From Bryobacterales bacterium (GTDB lineage Bacteria > Acidobacteriota > Terriglobia > Bryobacterales > UBA6623), in assembly GCA_963422375.2 (NCBI GenBank), contig OY729428.2, positions 2,272,001 through 2,336,000 of the forward strand: a stretch of DNA of 64,000 nt, in the 5' to 3' direction. The stretch's first letter is position 1, and each line of letters opens with the position of its first letter. Below are positions 40,576-51,146 of this stretch, piece by piece. Position numbers and translations under genes: made by a program. Below the pieces are notes generated by a model. It saw nothing but the letters and a program-made list of their open reading frames with translations, had not been told where the DNA came from and did no database searches.

Positions 40576-41998
40576 CGAGTCGAGACGCCGCTTCCTCAAG
40601 CGTTCCGGCCTAGGCCTGGGCTGGCTGGCGGCAGCGGATCTGTTCGCACAATCGGAGCCGCCCGACGCCGATCGGGGCCCCCTGTCTGCGCGCAGGCCCC
40701 ATGGACCGGCGACAGCCAAGAGCGTGATCCATCTGTTCATGCAGGGCGGCCCGAGCCAAGTGGATACGTTCGACCCGAAGCCGCTGCTCAACAGGCTCGA
40801 CGGGCAGCCCCCACCGGCAAGCTTCGGGGACGTGGTTTTCCAGAACGGGCAATTCCGCAATCTTACGCTGATGGGCTCGCCGAGGACGTTCCAGCCCTAC
40901 GGCCAGTCGGGGCTTCCCGTGTCAGACCTTTTCCCGCACGTCGCGCGGCGGGCCGACGAAATCGCGGTCGTCCGCTCGGTCTATCACGAAGGGTTCACTC
41001 ACTCGCAGGCGCAGTTCCTTATCCACAACGGCTGGCCTCGCATCGGGCGGCCCAGCCTAGGGTCATGGGTCCTGTACGGGCTGGGAACCGAGAACCGGAA
41101 CCTGCCCGGTTTCGTGGTCCTCCTGCAGGGCGGCGTAAGATCCGGCCCGGAGGTATACGGCGAGGGTTTCCTGCCCGCTGCGTATCAGGGCACGTCGTTC
41201 CGGCCCGGTCCGGAGCCGATTCTCTATCTCAATCCACCGGAGGGAAGGACAAGCGCGCAGCAACGCGACCTCCTCGGCACGCTGCGGACTCTCAACGAGC
41301 GCCACATGAGCGAGCGCAACTTCGACAGCCAGCTGGCCGCCCGTCTCGATTCGTACGAACTCGCCTTCCGGATGCAGATGGCAGCACCGGAGGCCACCGA
41401 CATCTCCGGCGAGACCGAAGCCACCAAGAGCCTCTACGGCCTTGACGATCCGGTTAGCGCCGACTTCGGCGGCCGGTGTCTCCTGGCTAGGCGGCTCGTC
41501 GAGCGGGGCGTGCGGTTCGTGCAGGTCTGGTCCGGAAACGGCCAGAACGCCATCGACTGGGACGGTCACACCGAGTGCGATCAGAACCACCAAGATCGCG
41601 CTGCGGAGACCGACAAGGCCGTGGCCGGCCTGCTGACTGACCTCAAGTCGCGTGGCCTGCTCGAGTCCACCCTCGTGATATGGGGAGGCGAGTTCGGGCG
41701 CTCTCCCACCACCGACGGCGGAAGAGGACGGAGCGAGGGCCGCGACCACAATCCCTACGGCTTCACGCTGTGGATGGCCGGTGGCGGCGTCAAGGGAGGC
41801 AAGGTCATCGGCTCCACGGACGAGCTCGGCCTGCGGGCCGCGGAGGATCCCGTTCATCTGAATGACCTGCACGCGTCGATTCTCGCGCTGCTCGGTCTCG
41901 ATCACACGCGGCTCACATACAGACACCTCGGCCGCGACTTTCGTTTGACGGACGTGGGCGGCAGCACGGCCTTGGCTGACAGGCTGCGCCGGGCCTGA
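40565..41998 (+). CDS. DUF1501 domain protein (Tat signal)
   Basis: SRRRFL, FMQGGPSQVDTFDPKP, LLARRLVERGVRFVQ, GGEFGR and GRDHNP. Confidence 0.92.
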   Translation: MWTDESRRRFLKRSGLGLGWLAAADLFAQSEPPDADRGPLSARRPHGPATAKSVIHLFMQGGPSQVDTFDPKPLLNRLDGQPPPASFGDVVFQNGQFRNLTLMGSPRTFQPYGQSGLPVSDLFPHVARRADEIAVVRSVYHEGFTHSQAQFLIHNGWPRIGRPSLGSWVLYGLGTENRNLPGFVVLLQGGVRSGPEVYGEGFLPAAYQGTSFRPGPEPILYLNPPEGRTSAQQRDLLGTLRTLNERHMSERNFDSQLAARLDSYELAFRMQMAAPEATDISGETEATKSLYGLDDPVSADFGGRCLLARRLVERGVRFVQVWSGNGQNAIDWDGHTECDQNHQDRAAETDKAVAGLLTDLKSRGLLESTLVIWGGEFGRSPTTDGGRGRSEGRDHNPYGFTLWMAGGGVKGGKVIGSTDELGLRAAEDPVHLNDLHASILALLGLDHTRLTYRHLGRDFRLTDVGGSTALADRLRRA

Positions 41999-42649
41999 GC
42001 GGCTCGCGACGGAAGTCTGCCCTTTGTCCGAAGCGGCTGGGAGTGCGCTCCGGGGAGCGGATTACGGCACAAGACGGGTCCGTTTCCGTCGTTGACCGTC
42101 AATCCGACCCACGGCCCGACCTGCTACCGGGCCGTCGAGATCTCGCGGAGGAACAACTGGCAGCGTGTCGGAACCCGACGCCTCCGTTGATTCGCGAGTC
42201 GCTACTCGCTCAGTTCTAGCCTTCGCGAAACCTACAGCCGGGGGCATCCTTGGCTGGAATGCGGAAGTCTTGGAGCAGGATAGTCGGCAGGTTACCGAAG
42301 TCCGCAGGCTGGATCTCGTGCTTCGGCCCCTAGCTCGGCCTGTGCGTGTAAGTCGGGATTCGGAGCGCGCCGCCCTATTGGACGCCGGACAGGAACTCCA
42401 ACGCGAGGACGACAATCAGCAGCACGCTGATCATCGTGCGCACAGGACACAGAAGACCCGCGACCTGCTCGGCAGCTTTGGTGCCAAGCTTGTCCGGGCT
42501 AGCCGGTCACTGAGTCAAGACAGCGAACTAGGCAATCGGCAGGTCCCTCGGCTTGCAGCGCCCGAGGTCGACGGCCCGGCGCGTCGCCGAGCATAAGACC
42601 TTGAACATGCCGCAACAGTCCGACTGGACGATGGCTGTTCTTTCCGATT

Positions 42650-44162
42650 GGGAATTATATATCTGAGTGCCGAGGGAATCAAGTCGGCAAATTATCAATC
42701 CATAATAAGATCTCATATTTCTTCCGACTTTCCGTTGACATTCTGTGGTGTTTCTTGGTATAATAGTTTCAGTCTTAGATACCGTAAATGAAGAAAAAGT
42801 CCACGGAAAGTGGTTCCGTAAAGGCATCACCTTGATCGAAGTGATTGCCATGTTCCCCGATGACGAATCCGCGGAAAAGTGGTTCGCCTCCGTGCGCTGG
42901 CCGGACGGTCCGGCATGCCCCCGCTGCCGCGGCTCCAGCGTGCAGTCCGGCGCGGCCCACCCTTCGATGCCGTACCGTTGCCGCGGTGCGGCAAGCGCTT
43001 TTCCGTGCGCACCGGCAGCGTGATGGCCGACACCAAGCTCGGCTACCGCACCTGGGCCGTGGCCCTGTTCCTGCTGACCACCGGCATCAAGGGCGTCTCG
43101 AGCATGAAGCTGCACCGCGATCCGGGCATCAGCCGGAAGTCGGCCTGGCACCTCGCGCACCGCATCCGCGCGTGCCGGGAGCGGGATCAGGGCCTGTTCG
43201 CCGGCCCGGTGGAGGTGGACGAGACCTGCGTCGGCGGCAAGGAGCGCAACAAGCACGAGAGCAAGAAGGCCCGCGCCGGGCGCGGGCCCGTCGGCAAGAC
43301 GCCCGTGGCGGGGGCGCGCGACCGCGCCACGAACGCAGTGGCCGCGCGGCCGCTGCCGGGCACCGCCAAGGGCGACCTGCAGGGCTTCGCGCGCGCCCGC
43401 GTCGCGCCGGGGGCGCAGGTCCGCTCCGACCAGGCGGCGGCCTACGCCGGCATGGAGGAGTTCCCGCACGAAGCCGTCAGGCACTCCGGCGGCGAGTACG
43501 TGCTCGGGGCAGCGCATACGAACGGCATCGAATCGTTTTGGTCCCTGTTCAAGCGCGGCCTCTACGGAACCTATCACCGGATGAGCGTCCGTCATCTCGG
43601 CCGCTACCTCACGGAGTTCGCGGGACGGCGCAACGACCGCGACTGCGACACGGCGGAACGGATGCGGCGCATGGCGCGGGGCCTGGTCGGCCGGACGCTG
43701 ACCTACCGGCAGCTGACCGGCAAGGCCGCGGTCGCGGCCCGAGCGGCGCCCTCCGAGCCGAGCGCCGCAGCCCGCTGCCGACGCACTCTTCACGCTCGGT
43801 GCGCTTCACGCTCGGTGCGCGGGGCGCGCCGGATCTGGAATCCCCCGGCGCGACCCGCGTCCGGCCCGGACCGTCCATGCAGGCCCTCGAGCGCCGGGGA
43901 TCCGCTGTCTTCGGCCCTCGCAGGGCACGCAATCGGCTTGCAAAGGGTGCCCTCCACCGCCAACCGGATTCCACCGGGCATGCGAGGGCGCCTCTCTTAT
44001 CCGTGCCTCGTCCATTCCGCTGGCAGGCTCGATTCAGATACGATCCCACCTTGCCGTGCCTACCGCGGCCGCATTCGAATGACCCCAGCCAGACGCCGAC
44101 CTCCCTGCTCACAGCAGTTCTCGTCGGACATGGCGTTGTCAGCACTCAGATATATAATTCCC
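42650..44162 (+). mobile_element. IS1595-family copy E, full length; transposase frameshifted; no TSD
   Basis: TIRs at 42650 and ending 44162; 1-bp deletion near 42986; stop mutated TGA>CGA at 43740; flanks TTCCGATT and TTACACAG differ. Confidence 0.9.
42735..42764 (+). promoter_or_regulatory. Consensus sigma70 promoter inside the IS1595 left end
   Basis: TTGACA-N18-TATAAT with TGn extended -10. Confidence 0.7.
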
Positions 44163-44661
44163 TTACACAGAGCGTAAGGGCTTCTCCGAGGGTTCGCACC
44201 GTGTAGCCTACATTTTGTGGCTCGCTAAGATACGTGCCTATATGGAGGATAGGATGCTGGAATCACCATTGACGCACTGGGTAGTTTCACAAGTAGCTTC
44301 CGGAACCGGCCGAATGCCGCCCGTCTCATCTGTCTTGTTAGGGCATTGAGGCGGGTCCACTCGGCTGGAGCCCTCATCCTATCCGTCGAATCGACACGGC
44401 CGGGCCGAGCGACCGGCAGCTTCGCATGCACCGCACCTCCCCGACCAGTTACTTGTCCGTCTTGTCCAAGCAGACGACCGGCCGCCGCTCGCAGTACGGC
44501 CGGGCATAGCATTCCCGACCTAGAGACGGTGCGACGCGAGATCCCCATTCGGGAAACGGACCGGAACACGCGCCAGTCGAAGATCGACTCGCACTTCACC
44601 ACGGACGACGATCGAACCAGGCTGAGACGCCCTTCTCCGTGGAGATAGGGGTTACAACGTA

Positions 44662-47600
44662 CTAGAAAGGTTGGGCCCCAATTGAGCCCTCGAGAAAACC
44701 GAGGTAACTCGGTGCCCTCACACGTTCGAGCTCCGTCCGGGCCCGTGCCGCCCTTGCGACCAGCCCCAGCCGTCCCGAGACTTCGCCCGTCGAGTCCAGC
44801 GCCCGTGTGTCGGCGATGTGCCCGATCACCAGACGCGCTCGCCTGACCGCTCGGGACTGGGCCGCCACGAGACGCTCCCTGTACCAATCGCTTGCCAGCA
44901 CGGTCTCGCGAGTGAACTGATCTCGGAACTCGGGACTGGCCGCGGTCATGCCGTCGCAGCTACCGAAGGCCATGATCGCCAGCAGGACCCGCACCGGAGG
45001 GCAGACGGCCTCCGCGGACCCGTCCTCGAAATACATCCGAGCTGTCCTTGCATGCGCGTCGGTGATGTAGCGCACGCCGTCGGCAAACGCCGACGGATCC
45101 TGCGTCTCCGGGCGCAGGATCGGCTCGTCGAACACCATCGTGGGATTGTCGAAGACTCGCGCGACGAAGCGCCGGACGAACGGCGCATTGATGCGGTAGC
45201 CGAGTCGGCTCGCAAGCACCGGGCCGCCCGGATCCTCGAAATCCTCGAGCCGCTCCAGCAGCCCCTCCGCGATCAGCAACTGCGGGTCCCGCTCCTCCGG
45301 GCTCATCCGGCACCAAATCTCGGGAACGAGCAAGCTGATGTCGTGCATCATCTTCACTCCCGGGCCGATGTGACCGGCCGCTGTCGAGAATCCGCTGAGA
45401 CCCGTCAGCGCGTAGGAGAGGAACGCAGCGTTCAGGTCGGCGGCCGGCCTGAGCGCGTTGAACGGCCCCTTGGTGAGAGCTCCCTCGCTTCCGAATCCCG
45501 TGGTCGACGGGCTCTTCCCTGTCAGGGACGCGATGAAGTCCATGAGCAGTTCCGGGAGCTCCTGGTAGTGGATCGGGTTGTAGACCGCCAGACCGCGAAT
45601 GCCGGCCGCCTTGTCGGGCGGGTTGTTGCGTCGACCCACCAGCACGGAATTCACCGGCAGATGAGCCGGCTGGCCCGCGGGGATTCCCCGGAACAGCCGG
45701 ACGCCCATTTCGGCGGCATGGCGGTCGATCGGCGAGGCGATGTCCGGGCGGTCCTGCAGGTAGCGCGGGTTCTTCGTGGGCACGCCGCCGACGAGCCTGG
45801 GATTGGCGGAGCAGACCGCGAAACGGGCCTCCGACTCGCCCACGTCGGTCAGGAACCGGCGCATGGGCGCGGTGAAGTGCTCGAAGTCCGCCACCTTCTG
45901 GGTCATCTCGCGGACCTGGGAAATCCCGAGCGGCTCGAAGTTCGACAGGAACACTCCGCCTCTCGCGAGGTCCGCCTCGGTCTGCTTGTCGAGCCCCCGA
46001 TAGATCGCGTCGTCGGGACGCTGGAACAGGCGGAACTCGCAGTTCTCCGCGAACTTCACGCTGGGCGGCGCGTTGCGAGCCAAGCCCGTCAGGTGCCTGG
46101 AGGGCACGACTCGGGAGGCACTGATGTCGTCCTCGGTCTGGATCTTCTCGGCGGACACGAAGTCCTGGCGACACTTGAAGGTCCTCCAAGCGCTGTCTCC
46201 GATCAGCCCAACGCGCAGATACGTCCCGACCAGCCTGCGGCCCCTGTGCTTGAGCTCGTGGCCAAGCTGACCGTTCGAGATGTCGACTTGGAACTTCTCC
46301 CGCCACTTGCCGCCCCATTCCGGCTTGTAAAAGCGCTTGATGACGAGCACGAGCGAATAGACGTGGTTCGGCATCCGGGCCAGCCACTTGTTGAATTCCG
46401 GGGTGTAGCCGCTCGACGGCGTAAGGAGCTTGATGACGCTGCCCAAGGAGCGGGAACTGCTCAGGATCGGTCGGCTGGGACGCTCGTCGTAGATCGCGCG
46501 GATCGGCGAGTCGGCGGGCCACCGGTCCCGGTAGTCCCGGTCGAAAATCTCCTGCACGGCGTCCAGGTCGCTCTCGATGTCCGAGACGAAGACCGGGCCG
46601 TACAGCATGTAGTCGCGGAGCGACTTGCTGATCTCGCTCTTGCCCCCTCCGCTAACCGTGCAGGGCTTGTGGCAGAACACGCCTTCCGGAATCGTGCCGC
46701 GAAGCCTCCACGACGGTGCGGCCGGGTGCTTCTCGATGCGGATGCGGTACCCGGACGGGGCCATGTAGATCTTGCCGGGAACGAGCGGCAGCGAATGCTC
46801 CGTGCCGTGCTTGATCCAGCGGATGTCCTGCGTCCGCAAGCTGACCGCCGCGTCTTCCGAGATGTAGAAGAGGTCGCCGAAGCGGCGGTCGCGGCCGTAG
46901 CCCTCCGGGAAGAGCTCGATGGTTTCGGGGTGATGGCGGGCGACATCCTCCAAGCTTAGGGAGTTGTACTTGCGCGAGTTGAAGCGGAATTCCTCTCCGA
47001 GGTTGTAGCTCGGGAATGCGATGGCGCCTCCCGCATGCTCCTCTTCCGCGTTCCCGAGCAGGTTTGCCGCGTAGCTGATCTGGGTCTTGACTTCCTTCTT
47101 GCAGTAGCCGAAGTAGTTGTCGGCGATCAGCGTCACCATAACTCCGTCGGTCGTGCGGCAGGTTAGCTTGAACGGGCTGCCCTCGTTGTACGGCTCCGAC
47201 TCCGTCCTCCAGCACATCCCGTCACGCCTCTGGCGGTCGGTCGCCTCGTCGAAGTGTGGCAGTCCCACATCCTTCTTGCGCACCCGCTCCAGATGCGGGG
47301 CGAGGATGACTGCCCCCGTGTGGCCGCTCCACCCCTCGACGTCTAGGCCGGCGTCATTCTCGGGCAGGTACGGGTCGCCGGCATTGCCGAAGATCGATTC
47401 GACGAAGTCGAGGTTGCTGACGAGACCGCCGGGCGCGAAGAAGCGCGTCTCCATGCGCCTGGCCGGGGAGAATCCCGGCACCTCCGGCGTGACAAGAGGG
47501 CGCAGCAGCACGGACACGAAGCAGCGAGCGGCCGGATCGAACGGCAGGCCGAGGGCCTCGGGAGGCGGGCTGAGGGCGGTTCGCAGCAATTTCGCGAACG

Positions 47601-48099
47601 TCCGCTTGGGCACGGCCTTCTTGTCCCCCGGGATCGGCAGGCCTCCCTCGGCGACGTGGAACGTTCCCTTGGTGGTGCGGCGATCGTAGCGCGGATTGTG
47701 CAGCACGCCGTTGGCGACACGATAGGACCGGACGTACTCGGAGACGTACTCGTCCCCGTCGTCCGGCAGGGACAGCTCGCGAGCCATGCCGTGGCGGTCG
47801 AGGACCAGAGTCCGACCGGGCAGCCACCGCGCCTCGCCCAGGTCGACGTCTGCGAAGTGCTTGGACAAGAATTGCTCGATCCTTTGATCGGCGCCGCAGC
47901 GGTGATCGAGGAGCAGGCGCGCCTGCTCGCGGTAGCTCGCCAACAGGCCGTCGGCCTGCTCGGCGAGCTCGCCGCCGTCGGGCGCAAGGCCGCTGGCGTA
48001 GAGACGGAGCCGAACGTACTGACGGAGACTTCGCCGGTATTCGGCTTGCGTGCCTGCATCTGCGTCCCGGTCGTATCCGTAGGCTCGTTTCAAATCCAT
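44662..48099 (-). CDS. Pyrophosphate-dependent phosphoenolpyruvate carboxykinase (PPi-PEPCK / PEP carboxytransphosphorylase)
   Basis: 1145 aa with LHNPRYDRRTTKGTFHV, SNLDFVESIFGNAGDP, ADNYFGYCKKEVKTQIS, CHKPCTVSGGGKSEISKS, RLFQRPDDA and GKSPSTTG. Confidence 0.82.
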   Translation of the reverse strand: MDLKRAYGYDRDADAGTQAEYRRSLRQYVRLRLYASGLAPDGGELAEQADGLLASYREQARLLLDHRCGADQRIEQFLSKHFADVDLGEARWLPGRTLVLDRHGMARELSLPDDGDEYVSEYVRSYRVANGVLHNPRYDRRTTKGTFHVAEGGLPIPGDKKAVPKRTFAKLLRTALSPPPEALGLPFDPAARCFVSVLLRPLVTPEVPGFSPARRMETRFFAPGGLVSNLDFVESIFGNAGDPYLPENDAGLDVEGWSGHTGAVILAPHLERVRKKDVGLPHFDEATDRQRRDGMCWRTESEPYNEGSPFKLTCRTTDGVMVTLIADNYFGYCKKEVKTQISYAANLLGNAEEEHAGGAIAFPSYNLGEEFRFNSRKYNSLSLEDVARHHPETIELFPEGYGRDRRFGDLFYISEDAAVSLRTQDIRWIKHGTEHSLPLVPGKIYMAPSGYRIRIEKHPAAPSWRLRGTIPEGVFCHKPCTVSGGGKSEISKSLRDYMLYGPVFVSDIESDLDAVQEIFDRDYRDRWPADSPIRAIYDERPSRPILSSSRSLGSVIKLLTPSSGYTPEFNKWLARMPNHVYSLVLVIKRFYKPEWGGKWREKFQVDISNGQLGHELKHRGRRLVGTYLRVGLIGDSAWRTFKCRQDFVSAEKIQTEDDISASRVVPSRHLTGLARNAPPSVKFAENCEFRLFQRPDDAIYRGLDKQTEADLARGGVFLSNFEPLGISQVREMTQKVADFEHFTAPMRRFLTDVGESEARFAVCSANPRLVGGVPTKNPRYLQDRPDIASPIDRHAAEMGVRLFRGIPAGQPAHLPVNSVLVGRRNNPPDKAAGIRGLAVYNPIHYQELPELLMDFIASLTGKSPSTTGFGSEGALTKGPFNALRPAADLNAAFLSYALTGLSGFSTAAGHIGPGVKMMHDISLLVPEIWCRMSPEERDPQLLIAEGLLERLEDFEDPGGPVLASRLGYRINAPFVRRFVARVFDNPTMVFDEPILRPETQDPSAFADGVRYITDAHARTARMYFEDGSAEAVCPPVRVLLAIMAFGSCDGMTAASPEFRDQFTRETVLASDWYRERLVAAQSRAVRRARLVIGHIADTRALDSTGEVSGRLGLVARAARARTELERVRAPSYLGFLEGSIGAQPF

Positions 48100-48401
48100 G
48101 GTTCACTCCGTGGGCTGAAGGGGCCCGCTCACGCGGCAACCCAGATGCCGCGCTTCGCGCTCCGGCGGGCCGCTACGCCCGCCGGGCAGAGACGAGGCTG
48201 GCGGGTCTTCAACGCCTGCGGCAGGGAGACCGGATGCGGACCGCAGCCACGACGGGATGCCCGCGGTGGATGCCCGCGGTGACGTTGCGCGGCTCCCGGC
48301 CTAGCCGCGAGCCACACTCCCATCGTACTCGCTTGGCACCCTGCGCTAGGAATTGCTAGGCAGGCACTCGTCGCCCGCCGCCCCCCGGAGCCAGGTCGGC
48401 C

Positions 48402-49502
48402 TCAGCCACCGTGCTGCCGATGGTGGCCGCGCGCCTTCAGCCGGATGCGGTACAGGCTCTGATCGACGGTCACGTAGAGCACGTTGCTGTCCTCGCCGAG
48501 ACCGAACTCCACGTTGCTTGGCAGGCCCGAGGGATTCTCGGGGGGCTTCTCCAGCCCCTCGATCTCCTTCTGCGTGAAGGGTGTCTCCTCGGCCTCCACT
48601 CCTTTGGAGGTAGGCAGGAACCCCACTTCCGAGCCGTCCGGGGCAAGTACCAGGATTCCGGGCTTGGAAGGCTCGCGGACCGTGAGATACACGTTGCCGC
48701 GCTCGTCGACCGTCATCCCGTCGCAACCGAACTCGGGTCCGAAATCGTGGAAGACGGTCCGGGGCCCGCTGACCAGCCCGTCGCTGCCGAGCGGGAAGGC
48801 GTAGATCCGCATCGGGCCGCGATTGCCGGGCTCCACCCCGGGCATGCCGTCGCTGCCGTTGTTGGTCTCGGCGACATACAGGATCTTGCCGTCGGGGCTG
48901 AGCGCGATCCCGTTGGGCTTGGTGACGTCGCGCGTAACTTCGACCACTTGGCCGTCGGGTGTTGTCCGATACACCGCCCGCCATTCGAGCTCGCGCGGCT
49001 CGTGGCCCGTGTAGCGCGGATCCGTGAAGTAGAAATTGCCTTCGCTATCGACGCAGATGTCGTTGGGAGAATTGAACTTCCTGCCCTCGAAGCGGTCAAC
49101 CACCAGGGCTCGCTCGCCCGTCCGCACATTCCACTTGGAAATCCTGCGGCCGCCGTGATCCGCCCCTTCCGCCGCGAATAGAAAGCCATCCGCGCCGAAG
49201 ATCAGGCCGTTGGACTTGTGGCTGTTTTCCGCGAATGTCGTGACCTGCCCGCCCGCGGGGTCGAATCGGTGGATCCTGCCGCGATGCTCGCCGCGCAGGA
49301 TGTCGGAGAAGTAGATCGAGCCGTCCGGCGCGACGGCGGGGCCCTCCGTCAGGCCGCCCCTTTCCGTCTCGGGCCGCGTGTAGAGAATCTCGAACCTAGC
49401 GCCCGGGTCAACGATCGTGTCCCCGGAGGGCGCCGGGAGGTCGAGCTGCCCGAAAGCCGCGACCGGCAGCTGGGACGCGAGCAAGATTCGGCGCAGCAGC
49501 AC
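48402..49502 (-). CDS. SMP-30/gluconolactonase family protein
   Basis: TEGP, SNGL, NSPND, FTDP, PNGIALSPD and DGMTVD. Confidence 0.9.
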   Translation of the reverse strand: MLLRRILLASQLPVAAFGQLDLPAPSGDTIVDPGARFEILYTRPETERGGLTEGPAVAPDGSIYFSDILRGEHRGRIHRFDPAGGQVTTFAENSHKSNGLIFGADGFLFAAEGADHGGRRISKWNVRTGERALVVDRFEGRKFNSPNDICVDSEGNFYFTDPRYTGHEPRELEWRAVYRTTPDGQVVEVTRDVTKPNGIALSPDGKILYVAETNNGSDGMPGVEPGNRGPMRIYAFPLGSDGLVSGPRTVFHDFGPEFGCDGMTVDERGNVYLTVREPSKPGILVLAPDGSEVGFLPTSKGVEAEETPFTQKEIEGLEKPPENPSGLPSNVEFGLGEDSNVLYVTVDQSLYRIRLKARGHHRQHGG

Positions 49503-49506
49503 GGCG

Positions 49507-50655
49507 TTACCTCGTGTAGAACTTGTAGACCGTGGAGGTCGAATAGGTCTCCCCGGGCCGCAGCACAGTGGACGGGAAGTCGGGCTGGTTCGGCGAGTCC
49601 GGGAAGTGCTGCGTCTCGAGACAGAACCCGCTCCGATGCTCGTAGGCCACGCCGCCCTTCCCGAGGTGGTGGCCGTCCAAGAAGTTCCCGCTGTAGAATT
49701 GGATGCCCGGCTCCTCCGTGCGCACGTCCATCGTCCGGCCCGTCGACGGGTCATGGACCGTCGCGGCCAGCGCCAGACCCTCCGCTTCGCGGCCCACCAC
49801 GTAGTTGTGGTCGTAGCCCGCGCCGAACCCGAGCTGCTCGTTCTCGTCTTCGATCCGCGCTCCGATCGGCGTCGCCTCGCGGAAATCGAGCGGCGTGCCA
49901 TCGACCGCTGCCAGTTCGCCGGTCGGAATCAGATTCTCGTCAATCGGCGTGAAACGGTCCGCGTTGATCGACATCTCGTGCTGGAGGATCGAGCTTTCCC
50001 CGCCGTCCTTGAGGTTGAAGTAGGAGTGGTTGGTGAGATTCAAGACGGTGGGCTTGTCCGTGCGCGCCTCGTACCGGATGCGCAGCTCGTTGTCGTCGGT
50101 CCACGTGTAGGTGACCTTCGCTTCCAGCTGGCCGGGATACCCTTCCTCGCCGTCCGCGCTCGTGTAGGCGAACTCCACGCTGTCCCCGGACGCTGCGGGC
50201 GTCCCCTCCCAGACCACCTTGTCGAAGCCCTTGTTGCCGCCGTGGAGGGAGTTCGGCGGGTTGTTGACCGGGAGCTGGTAGGCCGTTCCATCGATCTCGA
50301 AACGCCCCTCGGCAATGCGGTTCGCATAGCGGCCGGTGATCGCGCCGAAATACGGGGTGTCGGCGACGTACGACTCGAGGTTGTCGTATCCGAGCACGAC
50401 GTCACCGAGGCTGCCGTTCCGATCCGGCACATTCAGGCTGACGACGATGCCGCCGTACTCGGTGATACTCACTTGGGCCCCGGTATCGTTGGTCAGGATG
50501 AACAGCTTGACGGGCCTCCCGTCGACCGCGCCGAAATCGGCGGTCTCGAGCGCGCGCAGTCCCGGAGCCTCGGTCTCGGCCGGGCCGCACGACAACGCGG
50601 CGAGACCGAGGCACAGGGCCGCGGCCCCAGTGCTAGGCAGGATTGTGAGCTTCAT
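49507..50655 (-). CDS. galM: Aldose 1-epimerase (galactose mutarotase), lipoprotein-type signal
   Basis: GRYANRI, LHGG, NLTNHSYFNL, GYDHN and CLETQHFPDSPN; LAALSC lipobox-like. Confidence 0.92.
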   Translation of the reverse strand: MKLTILPSTGAAALCLGLAALSCGPAETEAPGLRALETADFGAVDGRPVKLFILTNDTGAQVSITEYGGIVVSLNVPDRNGSLGDVVLGYDNLESYVADTPYFGAITGRYANRIAEGRFEIDGTAYQLPVNNPPNSLHGGNKGFDKVVWEGTPAASGDSVEFAYTSADGEEGYPGQLEAKVTYTWTDDNELRIRYEARTDKPTVLNLTNHSYFNLKDGGESSILQHEMSINADRFTPIDENLIPTGELAAVDGTPLDFREATPIGARIEDENEQLGFGAGYDHNYVVGREAEGLALAATVHDPSTGRTMDVRTEEPGIQFYSGNFLDGHHLGKGGVAYEHRSGFCLETQHFPDSPNQPDFPSTVLRPGETYSTSTVYKFYTR

Positions 50656-50818
50656 GCTGGACTTCCCTTCGCCTTCCAGTGTAGTGCCGGGCGGATCGGA
50701 CGAAGCACGAGGACGCCGGCTTCCCGGGCGACCGCGCCGCCATTGCCCTCGTCGGCGCAAGGCGAGAAATAGAAGGTCCGGTCGCCGTCACGCCTCCGCT
50801 CGCTGTCCGCGCCGGACG

Positions 50819-51142
50819 TCACTGGATGCGGCGGAGCGGAATGTATGCGCCGTTCTCGAATCGGTCGAAGACGCGGTCGAGCGCGGGATGGACGACCGGC
50901 TCCGGGTTCGGATCCCTAGCGAGATTGCGCTCGGCGACGTAGGTCGCGTGGCCAGCGCCATGCACGAGCACGCGGTACCAAGGCCGGTCCTTGGGCGGTC
51001 GGCTCCGGGCGACCTCTTCATACCATTGCTCGCTAAGGCTGAACCAGGGATCCACGTCGTACACGACGCCCCGATACCCGAACATGACGTGCCGGACCAC
51101 CTCTCCGATCGCGAACCGAGCCTGCGTGCCCCCTTCCTCCAT
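50819..51142 (-). CDS. hspQ: Heat shock protein HspQ (YccV family)
   Basis: ARFAIGEVVRH...YRGVVYDVDP...RPWY...TYVAERNL. Confidence 0.9.
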   Translation of the reverse strand: MEEGGTQARFAIGEVVRHVMFGYRGVVYDVDPWFSLSEQWYEEVARSRPPKDRPWYRVLVHGAGHATYVAERNLARDPNPEPVVHPALDRVFDRFENGAYIPLRRIQ

Positions 51143-51146
51143 GGCG

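Noticed and set aside
42375..42434. Second short hydrophobic ORF MISVLLIVVLALEFLSGVQ on the minus strand
   Set aside because: No RBS or promoter visible; lies in decayed DNA next to an IS and is probably chance or a gene remnant.
42165..42596. 143-aa ORF beside IS copy E
   Set aside because: No recognisable motif or RBS, and atypical codon pattern.
44818..46959. Long antisense or alternate-frame ORFs (e.g. 44818-46959, 7196-8590, 22457-23689, 15237-16724)
   Set aside because: Shadow ORFs expected at high GC: Arg/Ala/Pro-rich, overlapping well-supported genes, with no motifs.
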